Below are positions 36,399 through 46,458 of a DNA stretch of 64,000 bases, piece after piece. Under the pieces are notes generated by a model, which saw nothing but the letters and a program-made list of their open reading frames with translations, ran no database searches and was not told the DNA's origin. Source of the stretch: Candidatus Daviesbacteria bacterium (GTDB taxonomy: Bacteria > Patescibacteriota > Microgenomatia > Daviesbacterales > UBA10151). Each line of letters begins with the position of its first letter. The first letter of the stretch is position 1. Position numbers and translations under genes: made by a program. Where the stretch lies: positions 212,368-276,367 of the forward strand of contig CP066688.1 in assembly GCA_016432425.1 (NCBI GenBank). The letters run 5' to 3'.

Positions 36399-37592
36399 AT
36401 GTCTAAATACATTATCTTAATTTTAATCTTTACTGCCATAACAAGGCTGTACCATTTGTCCTATCCCAACTCTTATGTATTCGATGAAGTTTATCATGCC
36501 TTTACTGCCAAGGAGTATTTGCAAGGTAATAAAGATGCCTGGAATCCTTATGCCACTCCTCCCAAAGACGTGGCTTACGAATGGTTACATCCTCCCATTG
36601 CTAAAGAGATCATGACCGTTTCCATGTTTATTTTCCGCTCAGACCAAGCTTTTTATTGGCGCTTACCAGGAGCAATTTTAGGGGTATTATCAGTGCTACT
36701 GGTATATTTGCTCGGAAAAGAAATTTTTAAAAATTCATCCATAGCAGTCTTGGCCGGCTTTCTTTTTTCTGTGGACGGACTAAATTTTGTCCAATCACGT
36801 ACCGGCATGAACGACATTTACTTGGTAACTTTTTCTCTTGCATCTGTTCTTTTTTTTGCCAAGAAAAAGTTTTTATGGTCAGCCATATTTTTAGGGCTGG
36901 CATTTTCTTCTAAGTGGCCGGGGATTTTTTTATTGCCAGTTTTTAGCTTTTTTTTAATCAAGCAAAAATTAATTCCCAAAATCCCATTGTTTATTTTTTT
37001 ATCAATTACTATCTATTTACTAAGTTATGCTCCTTATTTTTTAATCGGCTACCGGTTGTCTGATTTTGCGAATTTGCATCAACAAATTTGGTGGTATCAA
37101 ACAAATTTAAAAGCTACCCACAGTTATTCATCTCCCTGGTGGAGCTGGCCCTTAAATTTATATCCTGTTTGGTATTTTGTTGATTATCCGGGAAGGCAGA
37201 TTGCCACCATTTTCGCCTCAGGAAATTCAATCCTATTTTGGTCAGGATTGCTGGCGGTACTCATTAGCACTTATCAATTTATTAAGGGAAAATTTAAATT
37301 TGCCCTCATTTTATTTACATATTTTATTTTTTGGCTACCTTGGGCCATTTCCCCCAGAATTATGTTTTTATACCACTACAGTCCGGCTGTACCATTCTTA
37401 AGTTTAATTTTAAGTTATCAACTTTACCAAATGTGGCAAAAAAAGAGCCTGCGTTTTTTAAGTTTCTTTTTGATCATAATTATTCTTTCAAATTTTATTT
37501 TACTTTATCCTTTTTTAACAGGAATCCCTTTAAACAAAGACTTAGTTAATTTGTTTTTCCGCACCAATCTTGCCCCTAACCCTTTCATCTGA
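36399..37592 (+). CDS. Lipid-carrier-dependent glycosyltransferase, protein O-mannosyltransferase-like
   Basis: VFDEVY, HPPIAK, WR, SR, KW, HSYSSPWWSWP, FLYHY. Confidence 0.88.
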   Translation: MSKYIILILIFTAITRLYHLSYPNSYVFDEVYHAFTAKEYLQGNKDAWNPYATPPKDVAYEWLHPPIAKEIMTVSMFIFRSDQAFYWRLPGAILGVLSVLLVYLLGKEIFKNSSIAVLAGFLFSVDGLNFVQSRTGMNDIYLVTFSLASVLFFAKKKFLWSAIFLGLAFSSKWPGIFLLPVFSFFLIKQKLIPKIPLFIFLSITIYLLSYAPYFLIGYRLSDFANLHQQIWWYQTNLKATHSYSSPWWSWPLNLYPVWYFVDYPGRQIATIFASGNSILFWSGLLAVLISTYQFIKGKFKFALILFTYFIFWLPWAISPRIMFLYHYSPAVPFLSLILSYQLYQMWQKKSLRFLSFFLIIIILSNFILLYPFLTGIPLNKDLVNLFFRTNLAPNPFI

Positions 37593-37607
37593 TAGAATAT
37601 ACATATT

Positions 37608-38312
37608 ATGTCGAGTCAAAAAGGACGAGAAATACACGGTCGAGCCGCAAAGATAAGAGAAGAAGGGAAACATTTAGAGGCGCTGCAATTACAAGATGAG
37701 GCCACGCTGGCTTACCAAAAAGATAAGGACATTTTGGGCCTGGCTGAAATTTTGGCTGACCGGTCTTTGGTTTTAAGACACCTGTTTGATGAAACTGATG
37801 ATAAAAATTTTTTGATTATAGCCAAACATGAGATGATGGCCTCGGTAGAGATGGCTGAACAAAGTGGCAGTAAAGAAGCACTGGCTCTACCATATTTTAA
37901 TTTAGCTAAAATTCAGCAAGACCTAGAAGAATTAGATGCGGCAGTATCTTCTTATCAAAAAGCAGTTGACAGCCAAACTCAAAACCCCACCCCAGAGCAC
38001 AATCGGCCGGCAGTTTTGTTAGATATGCAAATTCATCTTGCTACTTGCCAGTATCAAGCTGGCGATAAGCTAGCCCTAGATAGAGCACTCCAAGCTTTAG
38101 CTCTCTTGGAAGAAGCTAATGAGGTTAAGTATAATAAAGATGTGTGGCTCTCAGGAGGGCACATGAGAATAACCCAAATATTGAAAGAAGATGATCCGGA
38201 AAAAGCAGCAGAACATTTACAAAAAGCCAAAGAAATCATTGATGCCAATCCTGATTTGAAATTGCGAAAAGGTCAGTGGGAAAAACTAGCTGCTTCTTTT
38301 AAGCAGAACTAG
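37608..38312 (+). CDS. TPR-like helical repeat protein
   Basis: Repeated A..L.KA/RA..L helices. Confidence 0.75.
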   Translation: MSSQKGREIHGRAAKIREEGKHLEALQLQDEATLAYQKDKDILGLAEILADRSLVLRHLFDETDDKNFLIIAKHEMMASVEMAEQSGSKEALALPYFNLAKIQQDLEELDAAVSSYQKAVDSQTQNPTPEHNRPAVLLDMQIHLATCQYQAGDKLALDRALQALALLEEANEVKYNKDVWLSGGHMRITQILKEDDPEKAAEHLQKAKEIIDANPDLKLRKGQWEKLAASFKQN

Positions 38313-38602
38313 GACTTTCCAAAAATCCACGGGGTCCGAGTTTTAAACTTATCTTTTTTCAAAATCTCATCTAATAATTTTCGCAGAGTCGTTTTTTCCA
38401 TCATCCTAGCTATTCTCACTACTGTATCAGTGCCTACTTTAACTTCTTTGGCTATTTGTCTAATTGACAACCCCTCTTCCAAGAGTTTAACCATCCGCCA
38501 GCGATTTTTTAACATTCTCACCTCCGAAGGAGTAAGTAACTCTGTTACTAAAATAGAGGGAATATCTAATTTAGCATAAGTTTTAAGCTTAGGTTTGGAC
38601 AT
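38309..38602 (-). CDS. TrpR-like (YerC/YecD) HTH protein
   Basis: LLTPSE...RWRMVKLL..GLSIRQIAKEVKVGTDTVVR. Confidence 0.85.
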   Translation of the reverse strand: MSKPKLKTYAKLDIPSILVTELLTPSEVRMLKNRWRMVKLLEEGLSIRQIAKEVKVGTDTVVRIARMMEKTTLRKLLDEILKKDKFKTRTPWIFGKS

Positions 38603-38615
38603 AATTTAGTTTAAA

Positions 38616-38828
38616 TTAATAACTAAATGGTGCCTTGCTTGATGGAGTAGCAATAGGTTGCCCAGAAGAAGTAGCGCTATTACTGCTTTGGCTTCCATCA
38701 AGATTAAAACTTTTGCCAAAAATAAAATAATAGATCAAACCATAAACTACTACTCCGATCACCAGATAGATAAGAATCCACTGCCACAAGGGCCTGTTAT
38801 CATATCCACCTTTTTTGGATTTTGCCAT
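38616..38828 (-). CDS. Small single-pass membrane protein
   Basis: RPLWQWILIYLVIGVVVYGLIYY TM + S-rich tail. Confidence 0.75.
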   Translation of the reverse strand: MAKSKKGGYDNRPLWQWILIYLVIGVVVYGLIYYFIFGKSFNLDGSQSSNSATSSGQPIATPSSKAPFSY

Positions 38829-38873
38829 ACAATTTCAGTTTGGCATTTACTTTTAAGTCTTGTCAATAAGGAA

Positions 38874-39146
38874 CTATTTAATTGCCCGCTTTAAGGTTTT
38901 CCCGGCAGAAAAACCAGGAGTTTTTTTACTGGGGATTTGAATAATTTCACCTGTTTGGGGATTTCTACCTCTCCGGGAAGACCTTGATCTAATTACAAAA
39001 GTCCCAAATCCGGAAACTACCACTTTTTCTCCCCGCCCCAAACCTTCCCTGATTAGATCAAAAGTAGAATTAACCGCATCTGCCGCGGCAGATTTAGTAA
39101 GATGGGCTTTCCGGGCCACTTTTTCTACCAAATCTTTTTTTGTCAT
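38874..39146 (-). CDS. hup: HU family DNA-binding protein
   Basis: MTKKDLV, GFGTF, GRNPQTGE. Confidence 0.96.
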   Translation of the reverse strand: MTKKDLVEKVARKAHLTKSAAADAVNSTFDLIREGLGRGEKVVVSGFGTFVIRSRSSRRGRNPQTGEIIQIPSKKTPGFSAGKTLKRAIK

Positions 39147-39194
39147 AAGTCAAGGGTAATTTAACACCAGATTATCCTTTTGTAAAGACCCGAC

Positions 39195-40538
39195 CTAAGT
39201 GGTGAGTATTGACTCGCTGGCCCGAACTTCTCTAATAGCAGTAATCTTGACTGCCCCCGGGACCATTACTTCCTTGGAAATCTTCTCAGCGATATCATGA
39301 GTTAATTTTGGCAACTCGTCATCAGAAATCTTATCCGGAAAAACAATCACTCTTACTTCTCGTCCAGCCTGCACTGCAAAAGCTCTCTCTACCCCAGAGA
39401 AGGAAGTGGCAATTTTTTCAATATCTGACAATCTTTTTATGTAATCCTCAACATCTTCATGTCTGGCTCCCGGGCGCCCCCCGGAAATTGCATCAGCCAC
39501 ATACACCAATACTGACTCTATGGAAGAAAACGGCTTATCTTCATGGTGTTCCGCAATACAATTGACTACTTTTTCCGGGAATTTAAATTTGCGGGCCAGT
39601 TGTGCTCCCCGGTCTACGTGGGTTCCTTCCTCCCAGTCGGTTAAAATTTTTCCTACATCGTGCAGCAAACATCCTAACCGCACCACATTCACATCCGCTC
39701 CCAGCATTTGAGCCAAGGCAATACCGATTTGAGTCTCTTCCAGAGTATGCTGAATCATATTTTGGCCATAAGAATAGCGGTATTTAAATCTGCCTAGTAG
39801 AGCTATCACTTCAGCCGGCATATTATAAACTCCCACATCATGACAAAGTTTTTCCCCTGCTTGCATCATTAATTTCTCCACCTCTTTTTTAGTTTGCTCA
39901 ACTATTTCTTCAATCCGCTGGGGCTGAATTCTACCATCCGCCATTAATTTTTCCAAAGCCACCCGGGCAATTTCTCTCCGTACCGGATCAAAACTGGATA
40001 AAATTAAAGTATCTGGCAATTCATCATCCATCACCACATCTACTCCCGTAGCTTGTTCAAACGATCGAATATTGCGGCCTTCTTTTCCAATAATTCGTCC
40101 CTTCATTTCTTCATCGGCTAATTTAATTCGGGTGGTAGTAAACTCACTAATATAGTTGGTCACTCCGTGCAACATGGCATCCGCTAAAATTTCCCGCGCC
40201 TTCTCATCTGCCTGGAGTTTGATCTCGTCTTCCGCCTCTTTAACTTTTTTAGAAATTTCACTACTTAAATCTTTTTCTATATTCTCTAAAAGAATTTTTT
40301 TAGCATCTTCGGCAGAAAATTTGGAAACTTTTTCTAATTTCTCAACTAATTCAAGTCTAACTTTTTCTAGATTGTCCAGCTTCTCATCAAACAATCTTTG
40401 TTTTTCCGCAAGCTGCCGCTCTCTTTCTTCTAAAATTCCTTCCCTTTTAGCCAGTTCTGCCCCGAGAGGTAAAGAGTCCCCACTCGAAGAGAGGTTTGTT
40501 TGTGCACCAAAATTTTTCGGGCCAAATGTTTTTTGCAT
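39195..40538 (-). CDS. rny: Ribonuclease Y
   Basis: KGRIIGKEGRNIR KH domain, SYGQN, LLHDVGK HD domain, RPGAR, QAGREVR. Confidence 0.95.
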   Translation of the reverse strand: MQKTFGPKNFGAQTNLSSSGDSLPLGAELAKREGILEERERQLAEKQRLFDEKLDNLEKVRLELVEKLEKVSKFSAEDAKKILLENIEKDLSSEISKKVKEAEDEIKLQADEKAREILADAMLHGVTNYISEFTTTRIKLADEEMKGRIIGKEGRNIRSFEQATGVDVVMDDELPDTLILSSFDPVRREIARVALEKLMADGRIQPQRIEEIVEQTKKEVEKLMMQAGEKLCHDVGVYNMPAEVIALLGRFKYRYSYGQNMIQHTLEETQIGIALAQMLGADVNVVRLGCLLHDVGKILTDWEEGTHVDRGAQLARKFKFPEKVVNCIAEHHEDKPFSSIESVLVYVADAISGGRPGARHEDVEDYIKRLSDIEKIATSFSGVERAFAVQAGREVRVIVFPDKISDDELPKLTHDIAEKISKEVMVPGAVKITAIREVRASESILTT

Positions 40539-40661
40539 ATTTTATTTTGGAAACTACTGAAAAAACTGCAATTAAATGCAGCTTTGAGGCAAATTATTTA
40601 GATGAAAATTAATCCCTTCCATAAGAACCTCAAATATATCCTCTAGTTTCCTAAATCTATT

Positions 40662-41324
40662 TTACCTCTTTTGCAACACATTTTCAACGACTTCTTTAAT
40701 TACACTAAATTCAAATCCTCTTCTTGTTAAAAATTCATATGCTTTTTTTTTAAATTCCAAAGTGGGTAAATTTTTCCAAATTTTCATTCTTTTTTCCAAG
40801 GCCTGTTTTGCTAATTCTGCCTCACTTATCACATATCCTGTATCATTTATCACTTCTTCTATAATTTCTTTATTTATGCCTTTTTGGAAAAGTTCCTGTT
40901 TTAAAACTCTGACTCCTTTTTGTTTACTTTTTCGCCTCGCGCTCACCCAAGCTTTAGCAAATTCCTCATCGTTTATAAATTTTAATTGTTTCAATCTTGC
41001 GACGATCGTATCAACAATGAATGAGCTAATTTCTTCCTGCTCTTTCAATCTTCTTTTAAAAGATAAGTTTTTTAAATAATCTCTGACTTCTTTTTCTGAT
41101 CTCTGTCTAATGGAAAACAGCCTGTACATTCTTTCCATCAACTTACCAACCTCTGTTTCCTTAATTAAATGCTCTACATCTGATGTGCTGAGTTCTTTTC
41201 CCACCACAAGTCGACGGTTAACCATCAAATTTTCATCTGCTCCAAAAACAAACTGCCCATCAAGATAAATATTAAAACGGTGAGGGTTTTTCTTTTGGGG
41301 GGTAACTTCTGTAATTTTAGGCAT
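40662..41324 (-). CDS. recX: Regulatory protein RecX
   Basis: RQRSEKEVR, INDEEFA, ELFQKGI, LTRRGF. Confidence 0.9.
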   Translation of the reverse strand: MPKITEVTPQKKNPHRFNIYLDGQFVFGADENLMVNRRLVVGKELSTSDVEHLIKETEVGKLMERMYRLFSIRQRSEKEVRDYLKNLSFKRRLKEQEEISSFIVDTIVARLKQLKFINDEEFAKAWVSARRKSKQKGVRVLKQELFQKGINKEIIEEVINDTGYVISEAELAKQALEKRMKIWKNLPTLEFKKKAYEFLTRRGFEFSVIKEVVENVLQKR

Positions 41325-42830
41325 TTAATAAGGTTCCCGCAGTTGGACAGTAAGAGTACCAAAATGTTTTTCTTCTACTACTTTGGTAAAATAATTTTCT
41401 TCTTTAAAAAAATCTTCAATTTGACTTTCACCAATTCCCACGGTTGGCTCAATAATAGTAAAGCGAATTTTAGGTAAATTGGAACGGTTGGTTTCAATTT
41501 TTAAATTTCCCGGGAAACCCGCTGCTGCTCCTGCCCAAACCGGTAAATAATTATACTTATTTTCCCCGTACCACTCAAATAAATAACTCCAGGTAGTGTT
41601 GACATTAAGAGGTATAGTTAACCCATTGACCGCAAAATTTTCTCCTTTAGATTTTTCATAGGTATAATCCAGCACCTTAATTTGATCAGTAAGCAACATC
41701 CCTGGTTGAATAATAAAATCTTTGTTGGGACCAAATTTATTTAAATTAATAATTTGATATAAATTACTACCGATAATTAAAAATGAAATCATCAGCGTTA
41801 ACGCTAAATTTTTGTCAGATATTTTCCATATCAAAAAAGAGGTAAAAATTAACAAACTAACCGGAGCCCCTACACTGTAATAATAACTGGGAGTTCCTGC
41901 CAAAAGGTAGGGAATTAATCCACCTGCAAACCATAGCATCAGAAAAATAATTTTTTCTTTGTACTGCTTTTGGACAAAAAAATAAATTAGGGCTCCCAAA
42001 AATAGTAATGCTATCAAAGGAGTAATTTTATAATCTGCCAAGATATTATCATGAAAAAACCTATTAATGGTAAACAAAACCCACTCCGGATAAATCTTGG
42101 AAGAATGTTGCCCTATGCTAAGTATTGTGGAGGTAAACCTAAAGCCAAATTTAATTTCAGCTATTATGTAAGTAGAGATTGCCAGTAAAAAAATTACTCC
42201 AGCCAAAAAAATATTTTTAAACTTTAATTGATGGGGACGATGAAAAATAACTATCAATAATAAAATTGGTAATAGTAAAATAAAAACATAATGAAACTGA
42301 ATTGCCAATCCCAAGCCCCCCAAAGCAATTATCAAACCTCGTTGGTCTTTTTCAAAAATTAATTTAGACAATCCCCAATAAAAAACTAAGACCGGGAGAA
42401 TCGCCAGGGGTTGATGACTTAAAAATAAAGAATACTGAGATTGCTCGTAAGAGATGCCGTAAAATAAGGCTGCCAATAACCCTATCTTTTTCTCAAAAAT
42501 AATTTTGCCAATTAAAAAAACTAATACCACTCCTAAAGCCTGATAAATTTTATAGAAAATAGCAGTGGCTAGGGGACTGGGACCAAATAAAAAAAAGACA
42601 GCGGCATGCACATAGTAAACTAGAGGGCCGGGAAAAAGTTTATCGCTGGCAGCCGAAGGGGGGCCTAAAACTTTAAGATGTCCCTGGAGAATTTCTTGGG
42701 CCACAGTTAAATCTCTGGCTTGGTCAAAACCAATATAAATATTGTCCGGAAAATAAAGCCATCGTAAAATTAGGGCTAATAAAAAAATAGGGGTTAATAA
42801 TCTTAAGGATAGCTTAAACATCTCCCTCAA
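41325..42830 (-). CDS. GT-C (family 39/ArnT-like) membrane glycosyltransferase
   Basis: GFDQARD, GP, many TMs, QFH. Confidence 0.85.
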   Translation of the reverse strand: MREMFKLSLRLLTPIFLLALILRWLYFPDNIYIGFDQARDLTVAQEILQGHLKVLGPPSAASDKLFPGPLVYYVHAAVFFLFGPSPLATAIFYKIYQALGVVLVFLIGKIIFEKKIGLLAALFYGISYEQSQYSLFLSHQPLAILPVLVFYWGLSKLIFEKDQRGLIIALGGLGLAIQFHYVFILLLPILLLIVIFHRPHQLKFKNIFLAGVIFLLAISTYIIAEIKFGFRFTSTILSIGQHSSKIYPEWVLFTINRFFHDNILADYKITPLIALLFLGALIYFFVQKQYKEKIIFLMLWFAGGLIPYLLAGTPSYYYSVGAPVSLLIFTSFLIWKISDKNLALTLMISFLIIGSNLYQIINLNKFGPNKDFIIQPGMLLTDQIKVLDYTYEKSKGENFAVNGLTIPLNVNTTWSYLFEWYGENKYNYLPVWAGAAAGFPGNLKIETNRSNLPKIRFTIIEPTVGIGESQIEDFFKEENYFTKVVEEKHFGTLTVQLREPY

Positions 42831-42855
42831 GTTTATCCTAAAATTTAAGGACTTA

Positions 42856-43926
42856 CTACTCTTCTGCCGTCTCTTCTTCGCCTACTACTAGCGGTTCTTT
42901 GCCTGCTTTTCTTTTCCCCCAACTATCTCTAATTTCTTTTTCTAAAACAGAAGTTTCTTTTTTATTCTCTTTCAAATAACTAATTGAAGCGGGCCGCCCT
43001 TGCCCCAACATTTTTTCACCCCATTTAATAAAAGCTCCTGATTTAGTTAAAATTCCCAGTTCAACCCCCACATCTAATAGCTCCCCCTCAAAAGATACAC
43101 CATTTTCATCCATATCAAATTCAGCAATTCGGAATGGGGGAGCCACTTTATTTTTAACTATCTTCACCCGGTGACGAGACCCTACCACTTCATCCCCAGC
43201 TTTTATATTTTCGATTTTCCTAATATCAAGTCTCACTGATGAATAAAACTTTAAAGCCATTCCACCAGTAGTTACTTCGGGGTTACCAAACATCACCCCA
43301 ATTTTTTGTCGCAGCTGATTAGTAAAAATACAAATAGTTTTGGTATTAGAAATTGCCCCGGTTAATTTTCTAAGAGCCTGGGACATCAATCGAGCTTGTA
43401 CTCCCATCATAGAATCACCCATTTCTCCTTCAATTTCTGCCCGCGGTACCAAAGCTGCCACCGAATCAATGACTAAAACATCTATTCCGCCAGAGCGGAT
43501 TAAACTTTCAGCTATCTCCAACGCTTGTTCACCGGTATCCGGTTGAGAGATTAATAAATCATCTAGATTAACGCCAATTTTTTGGGCTCTCTGGGGATCA
43601 AGGGCATGCTCTGCATCAATAAAAGCAGCCACTCCGCCTTTTTTCTGAGCCTGGGCAATAACATGCAGCGCCAAAGTGGTTTTACCGGAAGCTTCCGGGC
43701 CATAAATTTCAATAATCCGACCCTTGGGAAGTCCACCCACCCCCAAGGCCAAATCCAAAGCTAGGGAACCGGTAGGAATAACCTCTGTGGTCATTTTTTC
43801 AGCCCGCTCACCCAAGCGCATGATGGCTCCGGTACCATATTGTTTTTGGATGGCGGCCATGGCTGCAGAAATGGCTAATTTTTTTGCCTCAGAAGAGTCA
43901 TTGGAAACCTGACCGTTAGTTGCCAT
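42856..43926 (-). CDS. recA: Recombinase A
   Basis: [39 protein letters not shown]. Confidence 0.99.
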   Translation of the reverse strand: MATNGQVSNDSSEAKKLAISAAMAAIQKQYGTGAIMRLGERAEKMTTEVIPTGSLALDLALGVGGLPKGRIIEIYGPEASGKTTLALHVIAQAQKKGGVAAFIDAEHALDPQRAQKIGVNLDDLLISQPDTGEQALEIAESLIRSGGIDVLVIDSVAALVPRAEIEGEMGDSMMGVQARLMSQALRKLTGAISNTKTICIFTNQLRQKIGVMFGNPEVTTGGMALKFYSSVRLDIRKIENIKAGDEVVGSRHRVKIVKNKVAPPFRIAEFDMDENGVSFEGELLDVGVELGILTKSGAFIKWGEKMLGQGRPASISYLKENKKETSVLEKEIRDSWGKRKAGKEPLVVGEEETAEE

Positions 43927-43999
43927 ATTATGCTAATTTAGCAGTTTTTAAACTTTTTTTCAAGATGCCAATTTTATATTGTATTTGTGTATGGATACA

Positions 44000-44527
44000 T
44001 TATAATTTATGCGATGGAGTAGAGTATAGTTTTATTACTTTTACTATCTCTTGCTGAATTCCCTGGATGCATTTATAACCTCTTACTTCCCTACTGTTAA
44101 CCCAGGCAAAACCATCAAACTCCGGAGTAATTTTAACTTTCCCCTTTTTTAATTTGACGGCAAATTTGAAACAAACTGTCGGCACTCCATCAGGCCGAAG
44201 GTATACGACACTATCAATATATCTGGGGTCCACCACTTCTAAACCACTCTCTTCCTTGGCTTCCCTCATAATTAATTTTTCCACCAACCCTTCCCAATCC
44301 AAAACATCAAAGTTTTTTCTGGTGATCGGATTTTCTTGTAGATCTTTCCATTCCAACTTTCCCCCAGTTACTCCCCACAGCCCCGGATGGGTGACTTCTT
44401 TTTTAGATCGCTGCAATATTAAACATTTTTTTAATTTAGGATGATAAATTACCCCAGTCACTACAAAATAAAACAATTTTTCTGTTTTGGCTTTCGCCAA
44501 GGATATATTTAAGGTAGTTGTTTTCAT
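44000..44527 (-). CDS. NUDIX hydrolase
   Basis: LILQRS, PGLW, GGKLE...REAKEESGL with an internal insertion. Confidence 0.88.
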   Translation of the reverse strand: MKTTTLNISLAKAKTEKLFYFVVTGVIYHPKLKKCLILQRSKKEVTHPGLWGVTGGKLEWKDLQENPITRKNFDVLDWEGLVEKLIMREAKEESGLEVVDPRYIDSVVYLRPDGVPTVCFKFAVKLKKGKVKITPEFDGFAWVNSREVRGYKCIQGIQQEIVKVIKLYSTPSHKL

Positions 44528-44812
44528 TTTCTCGCTCCGCTCGAAAAATAGAAAAGCTTTTGCGATTTCGCTCTATCGAGCGATATGTTCAATTGTGGTT
44601 TTTTTGATTTTCTCATTTCATTCGAAAATTAGAACAATTTATTTTCCTTTGCCTTCTCTAGAGAAATTTTCATAGTATTGGAATTATATCTCCCCCGAAT
44701 GGTAAAATACCATATATTGTCTTCCCCAAAATTGCTTCGCAATTTTGAGAGGAGAAGCTGGTGTAGGCTGAAGCAAATTTTATTTGCGTAAGCGGAAACC
44801 GTGCTTCGACGA

Positions 44813-44887
44813 CGGGGTGTAGTTCATCGGTAGAACGCTCGGATGGGGTCCGAGAAGCATGGGGTTCAATTCCCCACACCCCGACCA
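44813..44887 (+). tRNA. tRNA-Pro(GGG)
   Basis: CGGGGTG/CACCCCG acceptor stem, CTCGG-atGGGgt-CCGAG anticodon arm, GTTCAATTC, ends ACCA. Confidence 0.94.
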
Positions 44888-44888
44888 A

Positions 44889-45080
44889 TTAACTTTTTTT
44901 CCTGGCTTTTTTGACTAACAGATTTAATCTTTTGTCTCTAAGCTTACGGGGCATTTCTCTTTCAGTATTTAAAATCGGCAGATGGATAATCGGAGCACCT
45001 TCTTTAGCCTCCAATCTCTTCCGACGATTCCTTTTGGAAACATTTCCCTCGTCTAAATCATACATATTTTCTTTGCCCAC
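44889..45080 (-). CDS. Small basic hypothetical protein
   Basis: 63-aa K/R-rich ORF with TACACT -10 box upstream. Confidence 0.5.
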   Translation of the reverse strand: MGKENMYDLDEGNVSKRNRRKRLEAKEGAPIIHLPILNTEREMPRKLRDKRLNLLVKKARKKS

Positions 45081-45121
45081 TTTAACTTAAGTGTAATCTA
45101 AGAATCAGAAAAAATTCAATT

Positions 45122-45538
45122 TTACCTCTTGGGGGATTGTTTTTTAGCTCTAGCTTTTTGAGCCAGCCCATATTTGCGGCGCTCTTTCACTCTGGGGTCT
45201 CTGGTTAAAAGTCCGGCTTGTTTTAAGGGAGTTCTAAATTTAGGATCGGCCAGCAGTAAGGCTCGGGATAAACCATGAACTGCCGCTTCCAATTGAGCCA
45301 TCTTCCCGCCTCCCATAATTTTGATAGTAGCATCAAATTGTTTGGGGGTATTAGTTACTATAAATGGCTGATTATATTTTGCCTGTGTCCCGACCAGAGA
45401 AAAATATTCATTAATATTTTTGCCATTGACGCTTAAGTTCCCTTGGCCTTTCAAAAGTCTCACTCTAGCAACCGCTTCTTTGCGTCTTCCCACCGCGGAC
45501 CAAAAATTATTATTTTTTTTATTCTTTACCTCTGCCAT
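45122..45538 (-). CDS. rpsI: 30S ribosomal protein S9
   Basis: GRRKEAVARV, LTRDPRVKERRKYG; start MAEVK. Confidence 0.97.
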   Translation of the reverse strand: MAEVKNKKNNNFWSAVGRRKEAVARVRLLKGQGNLSVNGKNINEYFSLVGTQAKYNQPFIVTNTPKQFDATIKIMGGGKMAQLEAAVHGLSRALLLADPKFRTPLKQAGLLTRDPRVKERRKYGLAQKARAKKQSPKR

Positions 45539-45539
45539 A

Positions 45540-45956
45540 TTATTTTGATATTTGATTTGCAAAAGGATGATTTTCCCCGGCAAATACTTTGAGTCTAGTA
45601 ATCATTTTTCTCCCTAATTTATTTTTGGGTACCATCCCCCACACTGCATGTCTAATTACCTCGCCAGGGCGGCGATTAATTAAATGCTCAAAATTTTCTA
45701 CTTTCAACCCACCCGGGTAACCGCTATGTCTAAAATAATTTTTTTGCTTTGTTTTTTTACCGGTCACTACCACCTTACTGGCATTTGTTACCACTACATA
45801 ATCTCCACTATCTAAGTAAGGAACAAAATTCACTTTACCCTTACCAGTTAATTTGCGGGCAATATCCACTGCCAACTTCCCCAAAACCTGATCTTTGGCA
45901 TCTACTAAATGCCAATTTCTTTTTATTTCTTTAGCCGATAACTGATTGGTAGGCAT
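45540..45956 (-). CDS. rplM: 50S ribosomal protein L13
   Basis: WHLVDA, DSGDYVVV, HSGYPGG; start MPTNQ after AAGGAG. Confidence 0.97.
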   Translation of the reverse strand: MPTNQLSAKEIKRNWHLVDAKDQVLGKLAVDIARKLTGKGKVNFVPYLDSGDYVVVTNASKVVVTGKKTKQKNYFRHSGYPGGLKVENFEHLINRRPGEVIRHAVWGMVPKNKLGRKMITRLKVFAGENHPFANQISK

Positions 45957-45957
45957 T

Positions 45958-46458
45958 TTATTTTCTCCTTGCTCGCTTTGGTCGCTTGACATCTCCATGC
46001 TCGACCTTGCTACTGGCTTTGCTCGTTTGTAGCTTAAGCGTGGGAGACGTCTTCGCTCTCTCTTGCACAATACCCCTCGCTTTCTTAGTTGAAACTGATT
46101 TTAATTCTGGTTCTAGAAGTAATTGCATCTGCACTAGTGGAGCTCCATCGCCCACTCTTCTGCCTAATTTTACTATACTGGTATAACCGGAAGTTCTATT
46201 TTGTAACCGAGGAACAAAATCTTTAAAAAGTTTTTCCTCCACTTTTTTATTGGCTAAAAATTGGCTAACTAACTTCTCCGTATTTTTGGATTTAGCCTGA
46301 TTAATAATTTGGTCTATCAAACCTTTAACTGCCTTGGCTTTGGCCTGCGTGGTGTGAATTTTTTCGGATAAAATCAAAGACCGCACTAAATTTTTAAATA
46401 GTGCAGTTCTCTCATCGGTATTGCGTCCCAAGTGTCTACCATAAACCCTATGCTTCAC
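45958..46458 (-). CDS. rplQ: 50S ribosomal protein L17 with C-terminal extension
   Basis: MKHR..GRHLGR, TTQAKAK, SGYTSI, GDGA. Confidence 0.96.
   Translation of the reverse strand: MKHRVYGRHLGRNTDERTALFKNLVRSLILSEKIHTTQAKAKAVKGLIDQIINQAKSKNTEKLVSQFLANKKVEEKLFKDFVPRLQNRTSGYTSIVKLGRRVGDGAPLVQMQLLLEPELKSVSTKKARGIVQERAKTSPTLKLQTSKASSKVEHGDVKRPKRARRK

Noticed and set aside
45956-46070. N-terminal extensions in track ORFs for rplM, rpsI, rplX, rplD, aspS and arsR
   Set aside because: Artefacts of choosing the most upstream start; downstream ATGs fit the family N-termini and local signals.
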